The notes: generated by a model not told the origin, from the letters alone. A stretch of DNA of 63,798 nucleotides, filler included, from Nemertoderma westbladi (GCA_032718475.1; 4 parts of 4 records of this genome joined end to end with filler, not necessarily neighbours in it); one strand, 5' to 3'. Positions 36,305 through 47,140 are shown, counted from the whole stretch's first letter. Numbers and translations are program-made.

Positions 36305-37699
36305 ATGTTAAAATATAAATTATGTTTATCTCCATTACTATTGTACAGTCTTTGTAAATTGGAAATGGCGCGGGTCGACGTTCAAGGTTTAACAGAAACT
36401 GCCAGTTGCTCGTGTAAGTCGTCGCAGAGAACGCGCGGTATGTATTACCTGTACCTCATCATTGGATCACTCATCAGCTTATTGATGCTACTTCCATCAA
36501 TCCAGACATCTCTAATAAACATTTCTATCCCCGGCTTCAATAAAGTCTGTAAATACATAGGAGATCAATCGAACTGCCCCCTTATCCTCAGTTATACAGC
36601 CATCTATAGAGTCTTCTTCGCCATGACTGTCTTCTTCTCTTTAATGGCGTTTCTAATGGTCGGAGTGAAATCGAATGAAAATATCCGAGGAAAGGTAAAC
36701 AACGGCTTTTGGGTTTTCAAGCTCATTGCTCTTATAGTAATTAGTGTTGTTGCTTTTTATCTCCCAAACTTCGACGTTTTCGTCAACATTTGGTTTTATT
36801 TCGGTCTCATCGGTGGTTTCTTCTTTATCCTTGTGCAGCTCATTATATTACTCAATGTAGGACACGTCTGGAAAAAGTTGCTCTTTATAAATAACGACCC
36901 AGGTGAATTTGGTCTTGAATATTGCTGTTGTGTTGTATGTTTTTATAGCTCCTCCATCATCATAATGTTTTACGTTATCGCAGTGACGCTATTCGTAAGT
37001 ATTTTAATTTATTACGCTAATGAAACCCATTGCCTCAAAAACAAGATAATTGCTGTACTTAACTTACTTCTATGCATGGTTATCAGTGTTATTTCTGTCC
37101 TGCCGCCATTAAGAAATTATAATCCTCGCGTTAGTATCATACACTCCTCCATTGTATCTCTATATGTAATGTACTTCACATGGTCTGCTTTCTCCAGTGA
37201 ACCTCCCACTGAAGATGGTCTCTACTGCGGACCCATCGACGGCATCATTAGGATCAACAACGATGAGATTGTTGTAATGGTTGTTGGGCTCATTATCACC
37301 TTTATCGCCACCAATGTGTTCGCCCGGGGCACCAAGAAGGATCCCGAGGCCTTTGATTGTTCCTGCTCATGCTTCGAGTGCTGCTGGTGTTGTAGAAGTA
37401 CAGATATAGAAGAGGACAGCGAGGATTGTAGCTATAATTACTCCATTTACCATGGAATTCTTATGTTGGCTAGCCTCTATCTCATGATGACCATCACAGG
37501 ATGGTCCTACCTAAGCTCGAAATCTTCGACTAGCGGTCGCTGTTGGGCTGCTTTTTGGGTGAAATTAGTCTCATCTTGGTGTTGCATTGCTATCTACATG
37601 TGGACGATAATTGCTCCAATGATAAGAAAAGAGAAAACTAAAAGTGATATTAACACAAAGAAGAGACACTGTAATCTATGCTATACCTATGTATTATGA
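36305..37699 (+). CDS. SERINC: Serine incorporator (SERINC/TDE/TMS1 family) multi-pass membrane protein, single-exon CDS; start may be ATG 36365
   Basis: YRVFFAM, VNNGFWVFK, GGFFFILVQLIIL, SIVSLYVMYFTWSAFSSEP, YNYSIYH...LASLYLMMTITGW, WVKLVSSWCCIAIYMWTIIAP. Confidence 0.9.
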   Translation: MLKYKLCLSPLLLYSLCKLEMARVDVQGLTETASCSCKSSQRTRGMYYLYLIIGSLISLLMLLPSIQTSLINISIPGFNKVCKYIGDQSNCPLILSYTAIYRVFFAMTVFFSLMAFLMVGVKSNENIRGKVNNGFWVFKLIALIVISVVAFYLPNFDVFVNIWFYFGLIGGFFFILVQLIILLNVGHVWKKLLFINNDPGEFGLEYCCCVVCFYSSSIIIMFYVIAVTLFVSILIYYANETHCLKNKIIAVLNLLLCMVISVISVLPPLRNYNPRVSIIHSSIVSLYVMYFTWSAFSSEPPTEDGLYCGPIDGIIRINNDEIVVMVVGLIITFIATNVFARGTKKDPEAFDCSCSCFECCWCCRSTDIEEDSEDCSYNYSIYHGILMLASLYLMMTITGWSYLSSKSSTSGRCWAAFWVKLVSSWCCIAIYMWTIIAPMIRKEKTKSDINTKKRHCNLCYTYVL

Positions 37700-38788
37700 T
37701 TAATCAGAATAAACACATCCCTTAATTAAAGAAAAAGTATTTAATTTAAAACAATTAATAAATTTAAGAAAGAATATTTAAGTATGAGATAATAAAAAGG
37801 CATTATTTCTTGAAAAAGAAATATTAAACAATATCATCACACTACTGAGTAGAATATTGCAATAGAGTGTATTGTTAGCATTATATATAGATATACCTAT
37901 TGTTATTAATTAATTGATATATGTGGACTAATAATTGTTGTAAAGGTGTAACATAAAAACCCAAAAAACTATCTCATTTGCCAAAATGTGGCTCCCGTCT
38001 CTTAATTTTAAGGTACACCTAGCGAAACCTTTAGTATTCACTCCTTTGTTGTTGGTGTTGTTGTTGTTGTTCGTGTTGTTGATGTTGTTGTTGTTAATTT
38101 CTAGTTGAGTTTTAGTTTTATAAGGCTTCATACGGCGCAGGCGCAGTGGGGAAGTTGGTAGAGCGTTAGACTTGGAATCTCTATCAATCCCACGTTCCGG
38201 TTAATTTTTTGGTAGTAAGATTGGTAGTAAGGCATTCAAGTAATTCACAGTACATGCATTAGTAGACGCGGACACATACGCGCTTGTTTGCACAGAAGTC
38301 TGGGAATACACAATGCGCTATTTTAAAATAGGGGCTGGCCATCAGAATATAATATTTTAATGAAAAAACTACTTTTTTGTGATTTTTCATAGAGGCAGAA
38401 CAACATATGAAAATTAAAATTTCATCTGATGGTTTTGTTTTGCCTCATTTGCCCTTAGAACAAAATCCAGGACTTGGGTTTGGGTTGTTTTTACCTCTGA
38501 CATTTTACAACTTTAATGTTGTGTGGGTTGTTCTGATTCTACTGAATTGACCAATGTACGGGTTTAGGATTTTAACATGATGATGCATCATGCATTAACA
38601 CCATCTTCCGTCTTTGGTGAACAAATTTTTTGAAAAATTGTAGTACATCACATGTATGTGTTGTTCTGGCTCTCCTCTATTGTCACAANNNNNNNNNNNN
38701 NNNNNNNNNNNNNNNNNNNNNNNNNNNNNNNNTTAATTAATTAANNNNNNNNNNNNNNNNNNNNNNNNNNNNNNNNNNNNNNNNNNNN

Positions 38789-39545
38789 TTCCCAATAATG
38801 TTTTGGGTGCGGGTGTTCCCAATAATGTTTTGGGTGCGGGTGTTCCCACCAATAATGTTTTGGGTGCGGGTGTTCCCAATAATGTTTTGGGTGCGGGTGT
38901 TCCCACCAATAATGTTTTGGGTGCGGGTGTTCCCAATAATGTTTTGGGTGCGGGTGTTCCCACCAATAATGTTTTGGGTGCGGGTGTTCCCACCAATAAT
39001 GTTTTGGGTGCGGGTGTTCCCAATAATGTTTTGGGTGCGGGTGTTCCCAATAATGTTTTGGGTGCGGGTGTTCCCACCAATAATGTTTTGGGTGCGGGTG
39101 TTCCCAATAATGTTTTGGGTGCGGGTGTTCCCCAATAATGTTTTGGGTGCGGGTGTTCCCAATAATGTTTTGGGTGCGGGTGTTCCCAATAATGTTTTGG
39201 GTGCGGGTGTTCCCAATAATGTTTTGGGTGCGGGTGTTCCCAATAATGTTTTGGGTGCGGGTGTTCCCAATAATGTTTTGGGTGCGGGTGTTCCCAATAA
39301 TGTTTTGGGTGCGGGTGTTCCCAATAATGTTTTGGGTGCGGGTGTTCCAATAATGTTTTGGGTGCGGGTGTTCCCAATAATGTTTTGGGTGCGGGTGTTC
39401 CCAATAATGTTTTGGGTGCGGGTGTTCCCAATAATGTTTTGGGTGCGGGTGTTCCCAATAATGTTTTGGGTGCGGGTGTTCCCACCAATAATGTTTTGGG
39501 TGCGGGTGTTCCCAATAATGTTTTGGGTGCGGTTTTGGTTCCCAC
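38789..39545. repeat. 30/33-bp minisatellite (CCAATAATGTTTTGGGTGCGGGTGTTC[CCA]), abutting a gap
   Basis: About 25 near-identical tandem copies. Confidence 0.97.
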
Positions 39546-41350
39546 CAAATAGGCCTAATGGAGTGGCTAAGCGAAAGAAATTGTGACAAATAAAGATGTT
39601 CCAAATAATTTAATTAATTGTTTAATGTGATTCTGTTAGATGTAATTGATTTTAACGTATAAACCACAATAGTTTATCATAGCGCGTACCTTTTTTTTTA
39701 TCAAGGGCGGGATTACAAACATATTAGACAATTTATCTTACTAACCTTCCAATGTTAACCAGCCAAATAAAAAATATAACTGATTAAATGATTAACAAAT
39801 TTAACGTTGCTCTGGAAACTAAATTGGTAACTACTGTATGTAAAAGTATATCGTTCAATCATGGTACAATTGCACTCAAGTTTGTTAACAAAATTTGGGA
39901 AAAATCTCACCAATAATAGTTAGTTTTGTTGCTATGTGTAAAATCCATATTGCCAAGGAAATAAATATGAAATTAAAAAAGTTAATATGATCTGATTTTT
40001 TGGAGCATCGGATTTTAGTCTATATACTGATATACCCACTAGGGTTAATCAGTAAATTAAAAATAATGTTTCGATCAATATGTAGGAAATATCAATCAAT
40101 AAGCGATAGCTTTGATATTTTACAAAAAAATAATTTTTTATTTTTTTTTCATTTCATAATTTGGTTGCCCCTTTTATTTATCTTTCTTGTTGTATCGGAT
40201 CTGTTAGTCTTCCTCGAGGCTTGTCTTATATGTAGGCCTAATTGTAGAGCGAGGATTCCATACATACTACAGTATTTCAGTAGTTACAGCATGACTGAAA
40301 ATATTTTTGGTCATATTTGACCGAAATGGTACTGCGCGGGTTAAACTAAGTACTAGGATGAAAAAAGCTGGAATCCTCAAAAATACAACTATTATCGTTA
40401 TTATTGTAATCCCATAGCCACTAGCAATTTAGTTTTCAGATTGGATAATTAGTTTTTTTTATATTTGATACTATAATCCGGCAGATATTGCATTATACCT
40501 TGCATGGAAGTATATAGTAAATGTTTGAACTGATTCGGGTTGGTAAAATTGTTGTCATCAATGATCTGACTAATGCCCAACTGGCAGCGCCCCCTTGAGG
40601 GTTTTCCTAAAATTGCCAAATTCTAAACCTGATCATGACTTTGCGAAAGCTACGATTTTCAATCCCCAGGGGTTTGTTCCAGAACGTTTTTACTCACTAT
40701 TATTATTCCAATGGGAACAGCCCCGGTTTCAAGTTATAAAGTGTGCTATTTCGTAACGATAATGAAGTTTTGTACAGTAATTCAATGATATACCTTTGCA
40801 TTATAACATAAATCTTAAATTTCTGGTTGTATCTGGTGGCGAACAAGACTTAACAATAACAATCTTTGAAGAATCTGGTGGCGAACAAGACTTATAATCT
40901 ATGAACCTGAACGCGTAATATCTCAGCTGTTTCTCAACGAAATTCAGATAGTGTTACATATTTCGAAACCTTGTAACGCCAGCTTTCTAATGATATGCTA
41001 AATTATTCACTAATGTGAAGAATGGCCACGATACGGAGGGTGCGATTTCGCAAAAGACACTTTTTTAAAACGCTTATAAAAAAATTTTAAAGGCAACATC
41101 GAAAATTCCGGCTTCATGGGGTCAACCACGGTGAGTTGAACTTGTGTTTCAAATTTCAAACAATATGATAAAGATTTGTAGAAAAATCTGGAGGGGGTTG
41201 GGGGGTCCGTATCATCAGAAAATGACACTATATTACGAGTCATGGTGTATACTCCCATGCAAGGTTCAGCACGGCATATATCTGCCGGACTACTAAGACT
41301 ACCAGAAGAATAGCATTATTACTGAGTTATTGAAGATATCTATTTCAATA

Positions 41351-44300
41351 ATGGGAACTGTTTTCAACATAGCTGATAGCCTAGTCGTCTTGGTTAAGCA
41401 TATTGAAAATGCAACAACCCCTCCTAATGTTCAAGAAGCGATGGATGAATTAATTTCAACTGTTGAATCAATTTCGGCGTATGATGAAACAAGCTTTGAA
41501 GGCTGGAAAATTATTCATAAATTAGACGAAATTGGCATTTCCTTATGGAATGCTGTTGTGAACAAAAAGTCCCTAACTCCGCAACACATAACGAACATGC
41601 AAGTAGCAAAATTGAGACATCTTGCAGTAGATTTATGCCAAAGGCAGAAAAATGACACACCACTGAATTTAAAAAGAATGTTGGTGATGCGGATGAAGAC
41701 GGTTACGTCTTGGCTTGATGCTGAGACACCATCAATGTGTCGCCTTTTATTTCCAGATATTGCGAACACTGTTGAGAATCTTAGGAAGTCAGCACAGCTG
41801 CCGAATACTGATAGACAAGCTCAGCATAACTCACAGCAGCAATTTCACAGAGATTTATCAAAGTTGAGATGTTTACAAGCGGAGGTAGCAGTTGCGGAAA
41901 ACGATTACAATACCGCTGTTATCTTGATAGAAAAGGCAAAATCAGTTGTTGGAGATCTCCTTCCACATGATGCATCAAGCCTGGCACAGTTGTGCTACCA
42001 GCTAGCTTTGACTTGCTTTAAGAGCGGTGCTTTCCAGCAGTGCATTACATTACTCAATGACAGCTATGATGCGGGAAAAGGCCATTTGGCTAAAGAGTTT
42101 CAAGCCCGTAGTTTAAGGTTAATAACATATGCATATCTTCAATGGGACTCTATTGCTTACAATTCAGTCGCTCTCAGTAAGATTCAGGATTCGATCGCAG
42201 AGGATCCTCACCCTGCTGGTCTCCTATTGCTGCTCAGAATCCGTTTAGAGGGAACTAGTGTTGCTGGAGAAATAGTACAAGAAGCCCTGGATTCTTGTTT
42301 ATGTCATACTACATTTAGCGTCGATGATGCATTATCTGTAATTAACCAACTTGCGCAACATAACAGAACTGATTTGCTAGAAAGCTGCCTGGAAATTTGT
42401 AATGGAAAGTTCCCTAATGAAATAAAGTTTATTCTAATGAGAGTGAAATTGCTCATAGAAGCAGATAAGGTTGTCACTGCATATCAGATCCTTACAAGCA
42501 CAATAGAAAACATTGTCAATGGAAATTCCATAATCGATAATATTACCAAGAACCAGTTGCATTCTATTATATGGGACACTGCAGGTAAACACTTTACAGA
42601 GAGTTTATATGACGAAGCATCATCTTGGTATGATCTATCATATACCCTTTATGAAGTTTCCAAATGTGCCACCGATCTCAGTGATTATGAAAAACTTATT
42701 CGCAACAAAGTTGTGTGTCTCATAGCTTTGGGTCAATTTAACAAAGCGGTTGATTGTCTTTCTAAAAGTGAATCCACGGATTCCCACACAAAATATCTTG
42801 CGTTTAAAGTAGCTGTTCTCCAAGGAGATGACACTAAGGCAGTTGTTTACTTGGAAGATCTAAGCAAAATGGATGATAGTGATAGTTTAGTATCTCTTGC
42901 ATGTCAGCTAGCCATAGAGAATTCCAGTAAATCTGTATCAACAACAGCGCTGTCCTATTTGAGCAAGAACTCAAAAAACATCAATCTTATTCTAACATCT
43001 CTTCGTTGCCTCATACATTACCAATTGCAAACTGAATTACCAGAGCCAACAAAGATATTAGAATATCTAGAAGCTGCAGCTCCTGTAATTAATGAATGTA
43101 CCGACCCCGCTGAAATAGCTTGGTTTGTACGAATGTCCTGGAATATTGGCATTGACTTTTCATCGAACATACCAATTATGAAGGAAATTTTCAAAATATG
43201 CTCGATTTTCTGCAAGGCCCAGGGGGTTGATGGAACAGCAAGGAGTAACAGCTGTTTGCTGATGGTTGCTGCAGCATGTCTAGAATTATCTCGCAAAGAA
43301 AGTGACGATTCCAAGAAGTTATTGTACGCGGAAACGCTGTCAGTTCTTAGCACCTTAAGCGATGCGGATGTTAGCCGCATGGATTCGGCTTCATCTAGGA
43401 TGTTTGTCCTCTATAGATGGGAATGTTACTTGGGACTGAATGATGCAAACTCTTGCAAAGAGTTATTATCCACACACAGTTTAGACATTAAATCGCTACA
43501 GATTATGGCGAATGGCGCTAAGGATTGTGATTGGTCTAGAGAATTAGCATTAGATTGTCTCAATAAAGTGTTGTCAATAATCGACTTTGGCAGTGATGAT
43601 GTAGATCTGATCAGCGCCACTGTCCACGAACTAGTTATTTTATCTTTGGATGAGATGATAACTGGTCGAGTTCAAGAAAGTGCTTTAGAGAACTTCCAGA
43701 AGGCAATAGTAGCCATAGATAATTGCCAAGCTAATTATCCCCAAGTTGAAATCCTCTGGTTGGCTACGGCCGCCTGGAACACTGGTACCCGTCTCCATCT
43801 AAATGGCCAATCAGGAGATGAATGGTGTCGCCTGGCCTTGGCAACTATCAATAGAATGGAGGATTGCGATGTGAAATCGGGTTATTCCAGTAAGATGATA
43901 GAAATCCCAGCGAAAAACACAATCCCGATCCCGAAAAACCGGGATCCCAGCGAAAAATACAACCCCGATCCCGAAAAACCGGGATCCCAGCAAAAAATAC
44001 AATCCCGATCACGATCCAAAAAAACCGGAATCCCAGCGAAAAACACAATCCCGATCCCGAAAAACCGGGATCCCAGCGAAAAATACAACCCCGATCCCGA
44101 AAAACCGGGATCCCAGCAAAAAATACAATCCCGATCACGATCCAAAAAAACCGGAATCCCAGCGAAAAACACAATCCCGATCCCGAAAAACCGGGATCCC
44201 AGCAAAAAATACAATCCCGATCACGATCCAAAAAAACCGGAATCCCAGCGAAAAACACAATCCCGATCCCGAAAAACCGGGATCCCAGCGAAAAATACAA

Positions 44301-44488
44301 CCCCGATCCCGAAAAACCGGGATCCCAGCAAAAAATACAATCCCGATCACGATCCAAAAAAACCGGAATCCCAGCGAAAAACACAATCCCGATCCCGATC
44401 CCGAAAAACCGGGATCTCCAGCGAAAAATGCAACCCGGTCCGATCCCGACTTTTTTGGACCGGGATCCCAAAGTATATATATAGTTAA
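41351..44488 (+). CDS. TEX11: TEX11/SPO22/ZIP4-like meiotic TPR protein, single-exon CDS; last ~195 codons are repeat-derived
   Basis: All-helical protein of about 850 aa with GISLWNAVV, QARSLRLI..AYL.WD, LHSIIWD, A.SWYDLS, AWFVRMSWNIG and YPQVEILWLATAAWNTG...EWCRLAL, characteristic of this family. First ATG at 41351. Confidence 0.78.
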   Translation: MGTVFNIADSLVVLVKHIENATTPPNVQEAMDELISTVESISAYDETSFEGWKIIHKLDEIGISLWNAVVNKKSLTPQHITNMQVAKLRHLAVDLCQRQKNDTPLNLKRMLVMRMKTVTSWLDAETPSMCRLLFPDIANTVENLRKSAQLPNTDRQAQHNSQQQFHRDLSKLRCLQAEVAVAENDYNTAVILIEKAKSVVGDLLPHDASSLAQLCYQLALTCFKSGAFQQCITLLNDSYDAGKGHLAKEFQARSLRLITYAYLQWDSIAYNSVALSKIQDSIAEDPHPAGLLLLLRIRLEGTSVAGEIVQEALDSCLCHTTFSVDDALSVINQLAQHNRTDLLESCLEICNGKFPNEIKFILMRVKLLIEADKVVTAYQILTSTIENIVNGNSIIDNITKNQLHSIIWDTAGKHFTESLYDEASSWYDLSYTLYEVSKCATDLSDYEKLIRNKVVCLIALGQFNKAVDCLSKSESTDSHTKYLAFKVAVLQGDDTKAVVYLEDLSKMDDSDSLVSLACQLAIENSSKSVSTTALSYLSKNSKNINLILTSLRCLIHYQLQTELPEPTKILEYLEAAAPVINECTDPAEIAWFVRMSWNIGIDFSSNIPIMKEIFKICSIFCKAQGVDGTARSNSCLLMVAAACLELSRKESDDSKKLLYAETLSVLSTLSDADVSRMDSASSRMFVLYRWECYLGLNDANSCKELLSTHSLDIKSLQIMANGAKDCDWSRELALDCLNKVLSIIDFGSDDVDLISATVHELVILSLDEMITGRVQESALENFQKAIVAIDNCQANYPQVEILWLATAAWNTGTRLHLNGQSGDEWCRLALATINRMEDCDVKSGYSSKMIEIPAKNTIPIPKNRDPSEKYNPDPEKPGSQQKIQSRSRSKKTGIPAKNTIPIPKNRDPSEKYNPDPEKPGSQQKIQSRSRSKKTGIPAKNTIPIPKNRDPSKKYNPDHDPKKPESQRKTQSRSRKTGIPAKNTTPIPKNRDPSKKYNPDHDPKKPESQRKTQSRSRSRKTGISSEKCNPVRSRLFWTGIPKYIYS

Positions 44489-44755
44489 GTAAATTTGTTG
44501 AATATCTGATAAATAGTTCCAGCAGAACGGAAATTCTGATTATATAGAATTTTTATGTCAGTAAACCATCCAGTAATCAATTGCAAAATAATTTTAATAT
44601 AACTTTATCTTACTAATATTTCAGAAGTGTAAGATAAAGTGAGTAAAACCCACCACATAGGCCTATACTAATTACCTTAAGGAAATTTAATACAAAATTG
44701 CAATCCCGATCCCGAAAAACGGGATCCCGAGAGTGATTGATAATCCCGATCCCGC
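43901..44755. repeat. Repeat-rich insert: GATCCCGAAAAACCGGGATCCCAG minisatellite (43901-44470, higher-order period about 120 bp) plus related motifs at 44703-44755
   Basis: Direct tandem repeats; the same ATCCCGATCCCG motif recurs at the far end. Confidence 0.85.
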
Positions 44756-44822
44756 TTAAACACAATACACAGTCAAAAATAAATTAAGCAACGTAGCAAC
44801 GCAAAAGTAGCTCAGTACACTC

Positions 44823-44866
44823 ACCCGGCTGATGATAACCAGAAGTTTGAAACCTAGGTACCGGGT
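44823..44866 (+). ncRNA. Type-I hammerhead ribozyme, copy 1
   Basis: ACCCGG-CTGATGA-TAAC(CAGAA)GTTT-GAA-ACCTAGGT-A-CCGGGT; predicted cleavage after GUA at 44860. Confidence 0.8.
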
Positions 44867-45192
44867 TCGAGCCCCAATAGGGCCGGTTGATATTTTTCGC
44901 TATGGAGAGCATTATCATATTGTCCTATTTACATTATATATTTAATTCACCGCGTCACTCACCCCACAACAATTCACTTGTTATTATTAATTAACAGCCT
45001 GGGCCAGGCATACGGGGTTACTAGTGGTTTCTACACCACTGTATAATAGTTATTCTTTGAGGCATGGTTGCCATTTCTGGCAGAGCACGGGAATAACGAA
45101 GCTTGTACTTTCCTTTGAGTGATTAGTTGGCCTAAATATGATCTCCCACTCCATAGCGAAATATTCATCCGGTCTGGTAGCTCAGTACACTC

Positions 45193-45236
45193 ACCCGGCT
45201 GATGATAACCAGAAGTTTGAAACCTAGGTACCGGGT
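45193..45236 (+). ncRNA. Type-I hammerhead ribozyme, copy 2
   Basis: Identical motif; predicted cleavage after 45230. Confidence 0.8.
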
Positions 45237-45560
45237 TCGAGCCCCAATAGGGCCGGTTGATATTTTTCGCTATGGAGAGCATTATCATATTGTCTTATTT
45301 ACATTGTATATTTAATTCACCGCGTCACTCACCCCACAACAATTCACTTATTATTATTAATTAACAGCCTGGGCCAGGCATACGGGGTTACAGTGGTTTC
45401 TACAACACTGTATAATAGTTATTCTTTGAGGCATGGTTGCCATTTCTGGCAGAGCACGGGAATAACGAACTTGTACTTTCCTTTGAGTGATTAGTTGGCC
45501 TAAATATGATCTCCCACTCCATAGCGAAATATTCATCCGGTCTGGTAGCTCAGTACACTC

Positions 45561-45604
45561 ACCCGGCTGATGATAACCAGAAGTTTGAAACCTAGGTACC
45601 GGGT
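45561..45604 (+). ncRNA. Type-I hammerhead ribozyme, copy 3
   Basis: Identical motif; predicted cleavage after 45598. Confidence 0.8.
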
Positions 45605-45928
45605 TCGAGCCCCAATAGGGCCGGTTGATATTTTTCGCTATGGAGAGCATTATCATATTGTCTTATTTACATTGTATATTTAATTCACCGCGTCACTCAC
45701 CCCACAACAATTCACTTATTATTATTAATTAACAGCCTGGGCCAGGCATACGGGGTTACAGTGGTTTCTACAACACTGTATAATAGTTATTCTTTGAGGC
45801 ATGGTTGCCATTTCTGGCAGAGCACGGGAATAACGAACTTGTACTTTCCTTTGAGTGATTAGTTGGCCTAAATATGATCTCCCACTCCATAGCGAAATAT
45901 TCATCCGGTCTGGTAGCTCAGTACACTC

Positions 45929-45972
45929 ACCCGGCTGATGATAACCAGAAGTTTGAAACCTAGGTACCGGGT
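45929..45972 (+). ncRNA. Type-I hammerhead ribozyme, copy 4
   Basis: Identical motif; predicted cleavage after 45966. Confidence 0.8.
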
Positions 45973-46084
45973 TCGAGCCCCAATAGGGCCGGTTGATATT
46001 TTTCGCTATGGAGAGCATTATCATATTGTCTTATTTACATTGTATATTAAATTAAGCAACGCTTATGTAGTGATTACAACAAAT

Positions 46085-46210
46085 AGGCTGGAAATCCTAA
46101 GAGCTTATGGAATACCAGAAGTAATTGTCGCTGGCATTGGATTGTTATATTGTGAGACAGAAGCTCAGGTAGACAAGTACTCTCACCAAATGGTGAAACT
46201 GATCTATTCA
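46085..46210 (+). pseudogene. Old non-LTR RT fragment (RTE-like)
   Basis: LEILRAYGIPEVIVAGIGLLY resembles MFSILSLYGIPDEIIAAIRSVY of the RTE at 60439. Confidence 0.55.
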
Positions 46211-46607
46211 TAAGATTAACTGATTTCTATGAATAATAATAGTATGGGATTACGCAATGAGGACGGCCACAAAGGAAGATGATTTGGGATTCGCACTAGA
46301 AGAAGTAGAATCTTCGTTCTCATTGGTTACATTAACTCACCACCTCCCATGCACTGCAGTCCATACACCATAATGGGCCGGAATCCCCAGCGTACCATTT
46401 GGAAATGAGAACCCCATCGTAATTCCACAAACAAACGGTACCGTCCTAAATGGGAAAAATAATAGTTAGTGGACCTGGAGAAGAGAAAAGATGGATAAAC
46501 AAAAGTTATAATTAATATATATAAATAATTATAATTAAGTTATATATATTGTATCTTTATTTTTCCCTCGAGCTGTCTGAGTTGGACAAATAACTGCATA
46601 TGTAGGG

Positions 46608-47140
46608 CTACTACTAGGATCGGCATGCTGCATTGCAGCTGCATTTTTAAGAATGCTGTGCCGGCTTGTCAACAAAATTGCACCGCCACAACTCCCTATC
46701 ACCCATGACATTTGCTAGATCATCCGCATCTTCAAGGCCAGTGTCCTTTAAGATGCGTCTCAAGAAAGTCATGGGCTGTCCACCATGCTTATTCACTCCA
46801 TGAGGCTGCCAAAGTACAAGATTATGCACTGGCTGGTCCTCACGGCGAAAGCAATGTCCTGCAAAGCGGAGGCGATTTTATTCTAGTGTCAAGCTTGGGG
46901 GAACCAATGAGACACCTCCAATGTTATATAGTGTCTGGTTGGAGATGTGTGCATTGTACTTGACACAATGAATTCGGCGTAGCATTCTTGTGAATGTGCC
47001 ATCCAGAGATTTGGTGTCCTCAGCAGTTAGAGCCCAGCATGGACTCCCGTAGAGGAGTACTGGAACTACTGCTGCTCTAAATAATCGGACCTTAAGTTTC
47101 CGATTAATTCTCGGTGACTTCCAAATCCTGGAAAGCCTAT
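46608..47140 (-). mobile_element. 5'-truncated RTE LINE copy
   Basis: Near-identical reverse complement of about 61145-61680, with (TAG)n tail. Confidence 0.9.

Larger units (their letters stand above)
44807..46047 (+). mobile_element. Retrozyme-like tandem array: about 3.4 copies of a 368-370-bp hammerhead-containing unit, with 14-bp TSD
   Basis: Near-identical units; TAAATTAAGCAACG at 44780-44793 and 46048-46061; four hammerhead motifs. Confidence 0.85.

Noticed and set aside
38135-38200. tRNA-like 5' half
   Set aside because: No T-arm or acceptor stem; at most a degenerate SINE or tRNA fragment.
38733-39604. Long repetitive ORFs in several frames; superficially CRISPR-like periodicity
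   Set aside because: Pure minisatellite with no unique spacers; ORFs are open only because the unit lacks stops.
45168-45256. Functional tRNA gene in each array unit
   Set aside because: No proper D or anticodon arm and only a 3-bp T-stem; the region is occupied by the hammerhead.
45031-46024. Three repeated 85-99-aa minus-strand ORFs
   Set aside because: By-products of the tandem unit; an indel changes the frame in one copy and the RNA structure explains the sequence better.
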